Position numbers and translations under genes: made by a program. From Thermoproteus sp. (lineage in GTDB: Archaea > Thermoproteota > Thermoprotei > Thermoproteales > Thermoproteaceae), in assembly GCA_049976425.1 (NCBI GenBank), contig JBMFIG010000001.1, forward strand, positions 249,778-313,777: a stretch of 64,000 bases of DNA, given 5' to 3'. Below, one piece after another: positions 7,353 to 17,444 of this stretch; positions within the stretch are counted from its first letter, which is position 1; each line of letters opens with the position of its first letter. Below the pieces are notes generated by a model. It was not told where the DNA came from and searched no databases. It saw only the letters and a list, made by a program, of their open reading frames with translations.

Positions 7353-10097
7353 GTGGCCTTTAGCTTATTGAGGCGGGATCTGCGGGAGGCCATAGAGGCC
7401 TTGGGGTATAAAGAGCCCACGCCGGTTCAAGAGGCGGCGATCCCCGCAGTCCTCTCAGGAGCACACGTGTTGATAGTCGCGCCTACAGGGACGGGGAAGA
7501 CCGAGGCCGCCGTGTTCCCCATACTGTCCAGAATGCTCGACGAGGGGCTCAAGGACTGCGTCCAGGCCCTCTACATAACCCCGCTCCGCGCCCTCAATAG
7601 GGATCTCTTGAGGCGGCTAACCGCCGTGGCCGACATGGTCGGGATTAAGGTCGAGGTGAGGCACAGCGACACCGCCGAGGCGGCGAGGCGCAAGATCTAC
7701 AGATCGCCTCCCCATCTGCTAATAACTACCCCGGAGTCTCTGCAGATAATTCTCCTCAACAGATCTCTGAGGAGCTCGCTGAGGTGTGTAAGGCACGTCG
7801 TGGTGGACGAGGTGCACGAGCTGGTTGGGAGCAAGCGGGGGGTCCAGCTCGCCCTCGGCCTCGAGAGGCTCGTGGAGCTGGCGGGGGAATTCCAGAGAGT
7901 CGGCCTGTCGGCGACTGTCGGCGACGTCAAGCTCGTCGCTGGCTTTTTGGGCGGCTCCGGACGCGATGTCAAGGTTGTGGACGTCTCGGCCGCCAAGCGC
8001 TACGAGGTGGAGGTCGTCGCCCCAACACCTTCCGAGGAGGATTACGCGGCCGCAGAGAAGTACGACGTAACTCCGGAGACCCTCGCCCGCCTAAAGTACG
8101 TGGCGGATCTCATAAAGAGGGAGCGGGGAAGCGTGTTGATATTCGCCAACACGAGGGATGGGGCCGAGTTCCTCGCGGCGAAGCTCAAGGCCTTGCTCGG
8201 AGGCGGCGTGGATGTGCACCACTCGTCGCTCGCCAGAGATCACAGGCTCTCAGTCGAGGAGAGGCTCAAGACAGGCGAGTTGAAGGCCGTTGTCGCCACC
8301 TCGAGCCTCGAGCTGGGCATAGATATAGGCCACATAGGGCTGGTGGTGCAGTACGGCTCCCCCAGACAAGTAGTTAGGCTGGTCCAGAGAGTGGGCAGAG
8401 GGGGGCATAGGCTCGACGCCGTCTCCAGAGGCGTCGTGGTGGCGTCAGACCTCGAGGACTATCTAGAGGCCGAGGCGATAGCCGAGAGGGCCTTGAGGAG
8501 GGAGCTGGAGAGGGCGGTGGAGTACCACGAAGTCGCGCTGGACGTTCTGTTACACCAGGTAGTGGGCATGGCGCTGGAGGCGAGGCTGGACGGAAAGCCC
8601 CTCTCCCTCGAGGACGTTTTGAGGGTGGCCAAGAGGGCCCACCCGTACGCCGGCCTCACCGCAGACGATCTGAGGCTCGTCCTGGACTTCGCGCAGAGGC
8701 ACGGGCTCTTGGACCAGCTCAGGCCCAGGAAGGGCTCTATTAAGTACTACTTCGAGAACGTGTCGACTATACCCGACGAGAAGAGGTATAGGGCCGTCGA
8801 CCAAGCCGCCGGAAAGGTCGTGGGCGAGCTGGATAGGGAGTTCGTCTTCACGATCGAGCCGGGAGCCAAGATAATCCTCTCGGGCAGGGCTTGGACGGTC
8901 TCCAAAATAGAGGGCGACGCCGTCTTCCTCTACCCCGAGCTGGATCTCGTGGGGGCTCTGCCGGGGTGGATAGGGGAGGAGATCCCAGTGCCTAGGGAGA
9001 TAGCGGAGGACGTCTGCAGGAGGAGGGCCGTTGCGTTGAGGGAAGCCCTCAGAGGCGGATATGCCGGGATAGCCGATGTGGAGGGGCTGGCCGAGGAGGA
9101 CATACCCACGCCGGAAGCGGTGAGGATACACCTATTCGGGAGGTTCGCGGCAGTCCATTCATGCCTCGGCTCTAAGGGGAACGAGGCGCTGGGCATGTAC
9201 CTATCCCACCACCTGTCGGCGTATCTAGGGCCGATAGGCTATAGGGCAGACCCGTACAGGGTCTTGTTGATCCACAGAGAGCCCATCGTGCAAAAGCCTC
9301 TCGTGGAGGCCTTCTATAGGGATGATGTATATGTCCAGAGGACTTTGATGAACGCAGTAAAGGCCTCACGTATGTTTAAGTACAGATTTTTACAGGTAGC
9401 CCAGAGGGTAGGCCTTCTGTCGAGAGACGCCGAGGACATACCGCCTAGGCTGATAGAGGCCTACGCCGACGATCTGCCGGGCATAGAGGCGGTCAACGAG
9501 ATCTTCGTGGAGAAGCTAGACTTGAAGGCCCTCTTGGATCTGATAGACGGCGTGAGGTCGGGCCGTTATAGGGTGGAGGTCAAGAGATATGCCGGGCCTA
9601 CGGCCGTCGACAAGCCGTTGCTTGAGGAGGCGCTACGCGTCGACTTCACCTACAGGGGGCTGTCCCAGGAGGCGGTGAAGGACCTAGCCCGCAAGAGGAT
9701 ACTGAATAGGGAGGCCACGTTGCTCTGCCTAAACTGCGGCTGGACCTTCAGAGGGAAGGCCTATCTGTTGCCCGACAGGATAAGCTGTCCTAGATGCGGC
9801 GTCGGCGCCGTCGCCGTCGTCAAGGGAAGTCTGGAGAGGGCCTTGGAGATATGGAGGAAGTTCAGGGCAAGGCGCAAGCTGGATAGGGAAGAGGCCAGGG
9901 AGCTCGACGAGCTGAGACACAGCGCGTCTATAGTACTGGAGCACGGAAAGGTGGGGGTACTGGTGCAACTGGCCCACGGGGTGGGCCCCAAGACGGCCGT
10001 CAAGATACTCAACAAGCTGGCCGCCGGGGACGATCTGTGGAGCGCTATAGTAGACGCCGAGAGGCAGTACGCCGCCACTAGGGCTTTCTGGGATTGA
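7353..10097 (+). CDS. lhr: Lhr-family ATP-dependent SF2 helicase with C-terminal Zn ribbon
   Basis: APTGTGKT, ITPLRAL, DEVH, GLSAT, ATSSLELGIDIG, QRVGRGGH, C-terminal CxxC...CxxC. Confidence 0.9.
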   Translation: MAFSLLRRDLREAIEALGYKEPTPVQEAAIPAVLSGAHVLIVAPTGTGKTEAAVFPILSRMLDEGLKDCVQALYITPLRALNRDLLRRLTAVADMVGIKVEVRHSDTAEAARRKIYRSPPHLLITTPESLQIILLNRSLRSSLRCVRHVVVDEVHELVGSKRGVQLALGLERLVELAGEFQRVGLSATVGDVKLVAGFLGGSGRDVKVVDVSAAKRYEVEVVAPTPSEEDYAAAEKYDVTPETLARLKYVADLIKRERGSVLIFANTRDGAEFLAAKLKALLGGGVDVHHSSLARDHRLSVEERLKTGELKAVVATSSLELGIDIGHIGLVVQYGSPRQVVRLVQRVGRGGHRLDAVSRGVVVASDLEDYLEAEAIAERALRRELERAVEYHEVALDVLLHQVVGMALEARLDGKPLSLEDVLRVAKRAHPYAGLTADDLRLVLDFAQRHGLLDQLRPRKGSIKYYFENVSTIPDEKRYRAVDQAAGKVVGELDREFVFTIEPGAKIILSGRAWTVSKIEGDAVFLYPELDLVGALPGWIGEEIPVPREIAEDVCRRRAVALREALRGGYAGIADVEGLAEEDIPTPEAVRIHLFGRFAAVHSCLGSKGNEALGMYLSHHLSAYLGPIGYRADPYRVLLIHREPIVQKPLVEAFYRDDVYVQRTLMNAVKASRMFKYRFLQVAQRVGLLSRDAEDIPPRLIEAYADDLPGIEAVNEIFVEKLDLKALLDLIDGVRSGRYRVEVKRYAGPTAVDKPLLEEALRVDFTYRGLSQEAVKDLARKRILNREATLLCLNCGWTFRGKAYLLPDRISCPRCGVGAVAVVKGSLERALEIWRKFRARRKLDREEARELDELRHSASIVLEHGKVGVLVQLAHGVGPKTAVKILNKLAAGDDLWSAIVDAERQYAATRAFWD

Positions 10098-11112
10098 CGA
10101 GGGTAGCGTATATCTCCTCCAGCCTCTTGTAGGCGTCCCAGCTCAGCTTGACCGACAAAGCCTCCAGATCCTCCTCGAGTTGTTCCAGCCTGGACACCCC
10201 TATTATCGGCACGATCGGCACCCCGACCTCCTCGGACCGCTTGAGAAGCCAGGCAAGCGCCAGTTGCGAGTCCCTTACGCCAAGGCCCGCGGCCACCTCG
10301 TGGAATTCCTGGAGCGCCTTGAGCCTCTCGGGGGTCAAATACCGCTTCACGAGCTCCTTCGAGAGATCTCCCGGCCTCGTCGCCCGGGAGCCCTCAGGCA
10401 CACCGGAGAGGTACTTGCCGGTGAGGAAGCCCTGCGCCAGCGGGGAGTAGGCGAGTAGGCCGAGCCCGTATCTCCTTGCCACGGGCAGTTTGTCCTCGTT
10501 CTGCCTCTCCAGCCAGTTGTAGAGCTCCTGCGCGGAGATAAAGGGTACGTGTAGCTCCCGCGCCAGGTGGGCCATGTAGGCATATGCGTCTGCGGAGAAG
10601 TTGCTCGCCCCGATGTAGTGGACCAAGCCTCTGTGGACCAGATCCGCCATGGCCTCCATAGTCTCCTCGAGGGGCGTCGAGGGATCCGGCGCGTGTAACT
10701 GGTATAGGTCTATGTAGTCGGTCTTCAACCTCCTCAGAGATTCTCTTATCTGCCACATTATGTGCTTCCTGGAGAGGCCCTCGCCGTTAGGCCACGGCGC
10801 CATCTGCCCTCTGACCTTAGTGGCTAGGACGTAGGAATCCCTGTCATATCCGGCGAGCAACTCGCCGAGTATCCTCTCCGCGTTGCCCACGTGGTTTAGA
10901 TCCACGGGGGCCATCACGCCGTGGTATCTGTTGGCGGTATCTATGCAGTTTATGCCAGCGTCGAAAGCCCTCTTTATTATCTTCCTGAGCTCCTCCACGT
11001 CCACTTTAGGTATGCCGTATTGGTCGACCTCCCGTGACGCGGGGAGGTGCCAGGTGCCGAGGCACAGCCTCGACACCTTCAAGCCGCTTGAGCCCAGATT
11101 TACGTAGTCCAT
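10078..11112 (-). CDS. Aldo/keto reductase
   Basis: LGSSGLKVSRLCLGTW, DTANRY, TDYIDLYQLH, YSPLAQGFLTGKY. Confidence 0.93.
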   Translation of the reverse strand: MDYVNLGSSGLKVSRLCLGTWHLPASREVDQYGIPKVDVEELRKIIKRAFDAGINCIDTANRYHGVMAPVDLNHVGNAERILGELLAGYDRDSYVLATKVRGQMAPWPNGEGLSRKHIMWQIRESLRRLKTDYIDLYQLHAPDPSTPLEETMEAMADLVHRGLVHYIGASNFSADAYAYMAHLARELHVPFISAQELYNWLERQNEDKLPVARRYGLGLLAYSPLAQGFLTGKYLSGVPEGSRATRPGDLSKELVKRYLTPERLKALQEFHEVAAGLGVRDSQLALAWLLKRSEEVGVPIVPIIGVSRLEQLEEDLEALSVKLSWDAYKRLEEIYATLVNPRKP

Positions 11113-11170
11113 GGCGTCGACTAGTCCAATAAAAATATGAACACATTAATACGGCCTCTCAAGGGGTGGC

Positions 11171-11494
11171 GTGATCACGATCTACAGAGACGAGCGTGGC
11201 GAAAATGCGGCTAGGGTGATCGATCTCGGCGAGTTGAGAGTGGTGTCTATGGATGTATTTGTCGAGGGGGTTGAGGTGTCCGGAGACTTCAGGGTTCTGG
11301 AGATAGCCGGGAGGTATAAGATATATATAAAGGCGAGGGAGGCGCCGGAAGGCAAGGTCGAGTTCGTGGTCTACGACAACGGCGCTCGAAAACAGTTGAT
11401 AAGTATTAGATATATAGGAAGACTTTCACAAGATAATATAATACAATATTTACAAAATCTTAAAAATAATATTGTTAAAGATAAGATATTGTAA
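11171..11494 (+). CDS. Hypothetical protein
   Basis: 107 aa ORF with an upstream GGGGTG RBS-like sequence. The 3' end is AT-rich. Confidence 0.65.
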   Translation: MITIYRDERGENAARVIDLGELRVVSMDVFVEGVEVSGDFRVLEIAGRYKIYIKAREAPEGKVEFVVYDNGARKQLISIRYIGRLSQDNIIQYLQNLKNNIVKDKIL

Positions 11495-11576
11495 GTATCT
11501 ATTCTTAGTCGATCCTACGAACGTCTTAGCCGTTCGACGTTGCGTGCGCGTCGATATCCTCGACCTCGGCTATCTG

Positions 11577-11594
11577 TTATCATAGTTTTGATAA
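11577..11594. promoter_or_regulatory. Palindromic operator TTATCA-N6-TGATAA just upstream of the TATA box of the Mo/W ABC operon
   Basis: Perfect 6-bp inverted repeat followed by TTAAAAA about 25 nt before ATG 11624. Confidence 0.5.
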
Positions 11595-11623
11595 TACTTA
11601 AAAACAAGAGCCTCCCCAGCTCC

Positions 11624-12754
11624 ATGGACGGCAAGGCGCTTGCTCTGGGACTGATTGTGGGACTCCTTGTGGGTTTCGGCATCGCCTATATGCTGTCGAG
11701 CAGTTACCGGGCGGCTCCGCAGACAACCACACAGACCACAACTACGGCGAGTCTACAACAGACTTTCGCCGTGGGGGCGGCGGGCACTCTTAAGTTCGCC
11801 TTCAACAGCCTATTGAACACATATTCGCAACTCTACCCGTCCGTGCCCATGGGGAAGCCGCTGTACGAGGGCAGCGGCAAGCTCGCGCAGGACGAGGTGG
11901 CCAGCAAGCAGTTCAGCTTTGTGGCGGCTGCTGACACGACCACTATACCCTCGGTGTTGTTCAAGAACAACCTGACCGATTACGAGATAGCCTTCGGGAT
12001 TACGCAAATGGCTATTATAGTCAACCTAAACACGACGGCCGGCAGGGAGGTCTACGACTTATGGCAACAGGCCCAACAGCTACAGCCTCTCTCGTCCCAG
12101 TGGAACTCGACGTGGCGGCAGATATTCGAAATAATAGCGTTGAACAGCTCCACCACCGTCGGCGTGTCCGACCCGTTCACCGACCCGTCGGGCTACCAAG
12201 CCATGTGCATGTTGAAGCTGGCCGGCCTAACCTTCTTCGGGGACCCCAACGCCCTCTACAACGCCATATATAACAACCCCTCCAAGTACGTGATGAGGAC
12301 CACGGAGGTGGATCTCCTGTCCTTGATGGCGTCCGGCCAGATACAGTTCGTCCTCTCCGCATATCTGTCCAACGCCATACCGCAGGTGAAGGAGTACAGA
12401 GGGCTCGCCTACATAACGCTGCCGCCGCAGATAAACCTCGGCTCGCTGGAGTACGTGTCCTATTATCATAAGGTCGGCGTGTCCTGGACAGAGACCGGTA
12501 AGACGAAGACCTTCTCCTGCAACCCCGTCATATACACCCTGACAGTGCCCAAGACCGCGCCGAACCCGCAGGCGGCCGTTGACTTCGCTCTGCTGATATT
12601 CAGCCCGCAAGGCCAGCAAACCTTGAAGGAATTCGGCATACAGCCGATAGTCCCCGGCATAGTGTACGGCAACTATTCCGACGTGCCAGCCCAGCTGAGG
12701 CCCTACACAGTTCCTCTGTCGCAGGTGCCCCAGTACGCGCCGGCGTTCCCCTAA
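11624..12754 (+). CDS. wtpA: Molybdate/tungstate ABC transporter substrate-binding protein (WtpA/ModA-like)
   Basis: N-terminal TM plus Thr linker, AAGTL, GSG, SDPFTDPSGY, LPPQINLG, YTLTVP motifs. Confidence 0.85.
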   Translation: MDGKALALGLIVGLLVGFGIAYMLSSSYRAAPQTTTQTTTTASLQQTFAVGAAGTLKFAFNSLLNTYSQLYPSVPMGKPLYEGSGKLAQDEVASKQFSFVAAADTTTIPSVLFKNNLTDYEIAFGITQMAIIVNLNTTAGREVYDLWQQAQQLQPLSSQWNSTWRQIFEIIALNSSTTVGVSDPFTDPSGYQAMCMLKLAGLTFFGDPNALYNAIYNNPSKYVMRTTEVDLLSLMASGQIQFVLSAYLSNAIPQVKEYRGLAYITLPPQINLGSLEYVSYYHKVGVSWTETGKTKTFSCNPVIYTLTVPKTAPNPQAAVDFALLIFSPQGQQTLKEFGIQPIVPGIVYGNYSDVPAQLRPYTVPLSQVPQYAPAFP

Positions 12755-13548
12755 TGGATCTATTTAAAGCCTCTGTTTTTTCCCTCTTCGGCGTCCTTCT
12801 GCTCTTCTTCCTGTACCCTCTCTTGCTCCTGATATATCTAGGCTGGGGGAGCTTAGCCGCCGCCCTCTCGACGGGGTCCTTCCTTCAGTCTCTGGGCTTG
12901 ACCGTGCTCATATCGACAGCGGCGTCGCTGGCGGCGGTGGCCTTGGGCATACCCACGGCCTACGTCTTGGCCCGCCACGAGTTTAGGCTCAAGGAGCTGG
13001 TCGACGCAGTGATAGATATACCCATCGTGGTGCCCCATACCGTAGTCGGCCTAATGGTCGTGCTGGCCTTTGTGGCGTACGGGCTCGGCCCCTCCCTCAA
13101 CGCTTTGGGGATCAAGATCATAGACGCGTTGCCGGGCGCCGTGATAGCCGTCTCCTATCTGTCGGCTACGTACGCTGTGAGGACCATCGAAAGCGCGATC
13201 AGGTTGTTGGACCCCGAGCTGGAAAACGCGGCGAGGACTCTCGGGGCCGGGCCATTCAGAGCCTTTTTGTCGGTCGTGTTGCCTAATATAAAGGGCGCTA
13301 TAATCAACGGGGCCCTCCTCTCCTGGGCCCGGTCGGTCTCCGAGGCCGGCGCCTTGTTGGTGGTGGCCTACTACGTGATAGTGGGCAACGCCTCCATATA
13401 TCCAGCCTCTATATACATATATCAAGCATATATAGGCCTAGGCCTTGACGAGGCGGTGAAGTTCTCGGCGGCGTTGGTAACGTTCGTCCTTGCGGTGTTC
13501 TTCGCCTATCGTCTAGCCGTTAAATATGTTGGAGCTAAGAGGAGTTAG
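12754..13548 (+). CDS. wtpB: Molybdate/tungstate ABC transporter permease
   Basis: DIPIVVPHTVVG, ENAARTLGA EAA motif, WARSVSEAGA. Confidence 0.88.
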   Translation: MDLFKASVFSLFGVLLLFFLYPLLLLIYLGWGSLAAALSTGSFLQSLGLTVLISTAASLAAVALGIPTAYVLARHEFRLKELVDAVIDIPIVVPHTVVGLMVVLAFVAYGLGPSLNALGIKIIDALPGAVIAVSYLSATYAVRTIESAIRLLDPELENAARTLGAGPFRAFLSVVLPNIKGAIINGALLSWARSVSEAGALLVVAYYVIVGNASIYPASIYIYQAYIGLGLDEAVKFSAALVTFVLAVFFAYRLAVKYVGAKRS

Positions 13549-14443
13549 GACCAAGCTCGGCGAGTTCTTGTTGGGGCCCATTGATCTGACCGTTGAGGGC
13601 GGGTACTTGGTGGTGATGGGGCCTAACGGGGCCGGTAAGACCACCTTGCTTAAGGTAATTGCCGGGATCTTGAAGGCCGAGGGCTCGATCGTGTTGGACG
13701 GGATCGAGATATCCAGGTTGCCGCCTGAGAAGAGGAACATAGCCTATGTGCCCCAGTCCTACGCCTTGTTCGACAACATGACCGTCTACGCCAACATAGA
13801 ATTCGGCCTGCGGATGCGCGGCGTTCCGCGCGAGGAGAGGAGGAAGGCGGTCGCCGAGATAGCGGATAGGCTGGGCATAAAGGAGCTGTTGCAGAGGACG
13901 CCTAGACAGCTGTCCGGCGGACAGAGGCAGAGGGTCGCGCTGGCCAGGGCGTTGGTCGTGAGGCCTAGGCTACTCCTGCTCGACGAGCCTATGGCCGGGC
14001 TAGACCCCGACATCAAGGAGACGGCCCTCCCGCTGTTGCGGAGCTTGCCCCAGGAGTACGGCATCCCGGTTGTGCACGTCACGCACGACCGCGACGAGGC
14101 CTATTCGCTCGGCGATCTTGTGGCCGTTATGTACGGGGGGAGGATCGTGGAGATGGGGGAGGTAGAGGAGGTATTCGCCGAGCCCAGACACGCCGTGACT
14201 GCTAGGCTGGTCGGATTCCAGATACTCAGACTCGAGGGGAGGTGTTTCGGGGTGAGGCCCGAGGACGTCGTGGTGGGATCGGGGCGTATTAGGGGACGTA
14301 TAGTGCAGACGTTGCGATCCACTAGAGGCGTCAAGATCCTCCTCGACATCGACGGCCAGCAGATATGGGCATATGCGGACTCGGGGAGGCCGGGCGACGA
14401 CGTGGAGGTGGAGCTGGCCAGGCTCGTGCCCCTCGAGTGTTAA
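13526..14443 (+). CDS. wtpC: Molybdate/tungstate ABC transporter ATP-binding protein
   Basis: GPNGAGKT, LSGGQ, LLLDEP, HVTHD, TOBE-like C-terminus. Confidence 0.88.
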   Translation: MLELRGVRTKLGEFLLGPIDLTVEGGYLVVMGPNGAGKTTLLKVIAGILKAEGSIVLDGIEISRLPPEKRNIAYVPQSYALFDNMTVYANIEFGLRMRGVPREERRKAVAEIADRLGIKELLQRTPRQLSGGQRQRVALARALVVRPRLLLLDEPMAGLDPDIKETALPLLRSLPQEYGIPVVHVTHDRDEAYSLGDLVAVMYGGRIVEMGEVEEVFAEPRHAVTARLVGFQILRLEGRCFGVRPEDVVVGSGRIRGRIVQTLRSTRGVKILLDIDGQQIWAYADSGRPGDDVEVELARLVPLEC

Positions 14444-14649
14444 GGCGATAAGGCTATAGTAGCGATAAGCGTCATTATCGCCGCCTGTGTTAAGATTATG
14501 ACAACTATCACGACGAGTTCCCTCCCCCTGACGCATCTCAAGAGGTTCCTCCCACAACCTGGAGTTCTGCTGAGCAGGAGGAGGTACGTCGCGGTCACCA
14601 TCAGCGCGTAGACCGCCGTCGCTAACGCCACCGCCTCCGGTATCGACAT
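14440..14649 (-). CDS. Small two-TM membrane protein (69 aa)
   Basis: MSIPEAVALATAVYALMV...CGRNLLRC...VVIVVIILTQAAIMTL. Confidence 0.6.
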   Translation of the reverse strand: MSIPEAVALATAVYALMVTATYLLLLSRTPGCGRNLLRCVRGRELVVIVVIILTQAAIMTLIATIALSP

Positions 14650-14700
14650 AATACGGCGTCTTGACGGGCCAGGTTTATATATCGTTATCCCCATATCACT

Positions 14701-16185
14701 GTGATAATCATCCACGGGCATTTTTACCAGCCGCCTAGGGAGGACCCTTGGCTGGAGACAATACTGCCGGAGCCGTCGGCTGCGCCGTATCGACACTGGA
14801 ACGAGCGGATCACCTTCGAGTGCTATGAGCCGAACGCCTTGTTGGGCAACTACACCTGGATCAGTTTCGATTTCGGCCCCACACTATTGGACTGGCTGAG
14901 GCGGAGGAGGCCCCACGTATACAGCGCCATAATAGAGGCCGACAAGATAGGGCAGGAGAGGTGGGGCCACGGAAACGCCATAGCGCATCCCTACTACCAC
15001 GCAATACTGCCCCTCCTCGACAGGAGGGATAAGGAGGTGCTGGTGGAGTGGGGCATCAAGCACTTCGAGAGGCATTTCGGGCGATATCCAGAAGGCATGT
15101 GGTTGCCCGAGATGGCCGTCGACGTCGAGACCCTGGAGGTGTTAGCCGAGTACGACATCAAGTTCACGATACTCACGCAGAGGCAGGTGAGAGACGGCAA
15201 GCCGGGAGGCCCCTACGAGGTCTTTCTGCCCTCCGGCAGAAAGATCCTGGTGTTTGTCAGAGACGAGGCGCTGTCCGACAAGATAGCCTTCGGCGGACCC
15301 GACGAGTTGCCGAAGGCCATGGAGGCCGCGCCCCGCGACGCCGTGACGTTGATAGCGCTGGACGGCGAGACTTTCGGACACCACAAAAAAGGCGAGGAGA
15401 GAGTGCTGGCGGCCGCGACGGCGAGGTACGGGGCGTACATGGCCAACTTGGGCTACGCCGCTGAGAAGGTTAAACCGCTAGGCGCCGTCGAGGTAATACC
15501 GGGCACCTCCTGGAGTTGTCCGCACGGTCTGGGCAGATGGACCAGAGACTGCGGATGCGACGGCCCGGCCCCCTGGAGACAGCCATTGAGAGAGGCCATC
15601 AACTGGCTGAACGACAAGGTCGACGAGGCGTTTGAGCGGTGGAGCGAGAGGAGAGGCGTAGACGGCTGGGCGCTTCTGAAGAGGTACGTGGAGGTCCTCC
15701 TGGGGAAAAACGCCGAGGTCTTCGCGAGGGAGGTAGCCCCCTCGATACCCCCGCGCGAGCTATTAGGCATGTTAGAGATGGAGAGGGCTAAGCTGGCGGC
15801 GAACACCAGCGACGCTTGGTTCTTCGCCAGGTTGGGCCTCGAGGCCGGCATATCGGTTAAATGGGCGGTGCGCGCGTTGGAACTACTCGGCGATAAGGAG
15901 GCCTTAGACGAGTTCTTGAAGATGCTGGGCAACATCAAGGGCGAGCCGGCCGGGAACGCGTCGGCTTTAGTCCCCGCGCTCCGCGGACCTATAGTCGCTG
16001 CCTCGATAGCGCTCGCCTCGACCGTATCGGGCTACTCCGTCGAGGAGCTAGGGCCCTACCAGATAAGCCTAAACGGGACCAAGGTCAAGATCGTCGATAG
16101 GAGGACTTTCGAGAGTTGGGAACTGGACTACTCGGAGTTCGGAGTCCCAGTACTAAAAGCAATAGAGCCAGAAGCCAAGGAATAA
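14701..16185 (+). CDS. Glycoside hydrolase family 57 protein (DUF3536-type)
   Basis: HGHFYQPPRE, HAILPL, GMWLPEMA nucleophile, LDGETFGHH, SWSCPHG. Confidence 0.88.
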   Translation: MIIIHGHFYQPPREDPWLETILPEPSAAPYRHWNERITFECYEPNALLGNYTWISFDFGPTLLDWLRRRRPHVYSAIIEADKIGQERWGHGNAIAHPYYHAILPLLDRRDKEVLVEWGIKHFERHFGRYPEGMWLPEMAVDVETLEVLAEYDIKFTILTQRQVRDGKPGGPYEVFLPSGRKILVFVRDEALSDKIAFGGPDELPKAMEAAPRDAVTLIALDGETFGHHKKGEERVLAAATARYGAYMANLGYAAEKVKPLGAVEVIPGTSWSCPHGLGRWTRDCGCDGPAPWRQPLREAINWLNDKVDEAFERWSERRGVDGWALLKRYVEVLLGKNAEVFAREVAPSIPPRELLGMLEMERAKLAANTSDAWFFARLGLEAGISVKWAVRALELLGDKEALDEFLKMLGNIKGEPAGNASALVPALRGPIVAASIALASTVSGYSVEELGPYQISLNGTKVKIVDRRTFESWELDYSEFGVPVLKAIEPEAKE

Positions 16186-16226
16186 ACAACCTTACATGGC
16201 GCACATTTGTTTAGTACATATTACAT

Positions 16227-17441
16227 ATGTCAACTTATAACGCCCCCCAATTCCTCACACCCGTGAGGGCCTTCTCGGAGAGGCTGGCCTACTTGAGGGA
16301 AAGCCCAACGCGCAAGATCGACGCATTGAGGGAGAGGCTGAGAAGGGAGGGGAGGGACGTGATAGTGCTGTCCGCCGGACAGCCGAGCATACCTCCTCCC
16401 GTAGAGGTGAGGAGAAGGCTCGCCGAATTGTTGCAGGAGGAGAGCATGGAGCTCTACGGCTATACCCCAAGCCAAGGCATCTACGAGCTCAGAGAGGCAG
16501 TCTCCGAGGACTTGAAGAGGCTGGGCGGCCTCGACGTCCCGCCCGATCAGATAACCATAACCGCGGGAGGCCAAGCCGCCATGTTCTCGACCTTGGCGAC
16601 CATAATAGAGCCGGGCGACGAGGTGGTATTGATGGACCCCACGTATTTCGGATATAAGCCGCTGGTCGAGTACTTCGGGGCGAAGATCATAAGGCACAGG
16701 ACGTATCTGGAGAACGACTACCAGCCGGATGTGGAGAGGCTTAAGGAGCAGATCACGCCGAAGACTAAGGCCTTGATACTCGTCTCGCCGGATAACCCGA
16801 CGGGCAGGTTGTTGAGCCCCGAGGCCGCCAAGGCGCTGGCCGACCTGGCGGTGGACCACGATATATGGCTGGTGACCGACGAGGCTTACAAGACCATGAT
16901 CTACGAGGGGGAGCACGTCTACCTATACAAGCTGGCGCCGGAACACGTCATATCGATAAACACCTTCTCTAAGGATCCGGCCATACCCGGCTGGAGGCTG
17001 GGCTACGTCTACGGGCCTAAGGATGCCGTATCTAAGATAAAGTTGGTGAACGAGGAGATGGTCTACTGTCCTCCGTCCTTCGCCCAGAGGATGGTCGCTA
17101 TATACCTCAAATCGGACGTCCGGTTTAAGTATATCAAGGAGTTTGTGGCGGCCTACAGAGCCAGGAGGGACATCGTGATAGACGCGCTTAGGCGGTACGT
17201 GCCCGACGGCAGATTCAAGGTGCCGCAGGGCTCCATGTTCGTCTTCGTCGACCTATCCAAGTACATAGCCGACGGCGAGGCCTTCGCCCAGAAGTTGCTT
17301 GAGGAGTACTCGGTGGCGTTGGTGCCGGGGAGCTACTTCAGCGACGTCTACAAGGCCGCCGTCAGGATCTCCTTCGTCGCCGAGAGGCCGGAGAGGCTGG
17401 TGGAGGGGGTGAGGCGCATAGGCGAGGCCCTCGCCAAATAG
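16227..17441 (+). CDS. PLP-dependent class I/II aminotransferase (aspartate aminotransferase-like)
   Basis: YTPSQGIYELR, PDNPTG, DEAY, NTFSKDPAIPGWRLG. Confidence 0.92.
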   Translation: MSTYNAPQFLTPVRAFSERLAYLRESPTRKIDALRERLRREGRDVIVLSAGQPSIPPPVEVRRRLAELLQEESMELYGYTPSQGIYELREAVSEDLKRLGGLDVPPDQITITAGGQAAMFSTLATIIEPGDEVVLMDPTYFGYKPLVEYFGAKIIRHRTYLENDYQPDVERLKEQITPKTKALILVSPDNPTGRLLSPEAAKALADLAVDHDIWLVTDEAYKTMIYEGEHVYLYKLAPEHVISINTFSKDPAIPGWRLGYVYGPKDAVSKIKLVNEEMVYCPPSFAQRMVAIYLKSDVRFKYIKEFVAAYRARRDIVIDALRRYVPDGRFKVPQGSMFVFVDLSKYIADGEAFAQKLLEEYSVALVPGSYFSDVYKAAVRISFVAERPERLVEGVRRIGEALAK

Positions 17442-17444
17442 CGC

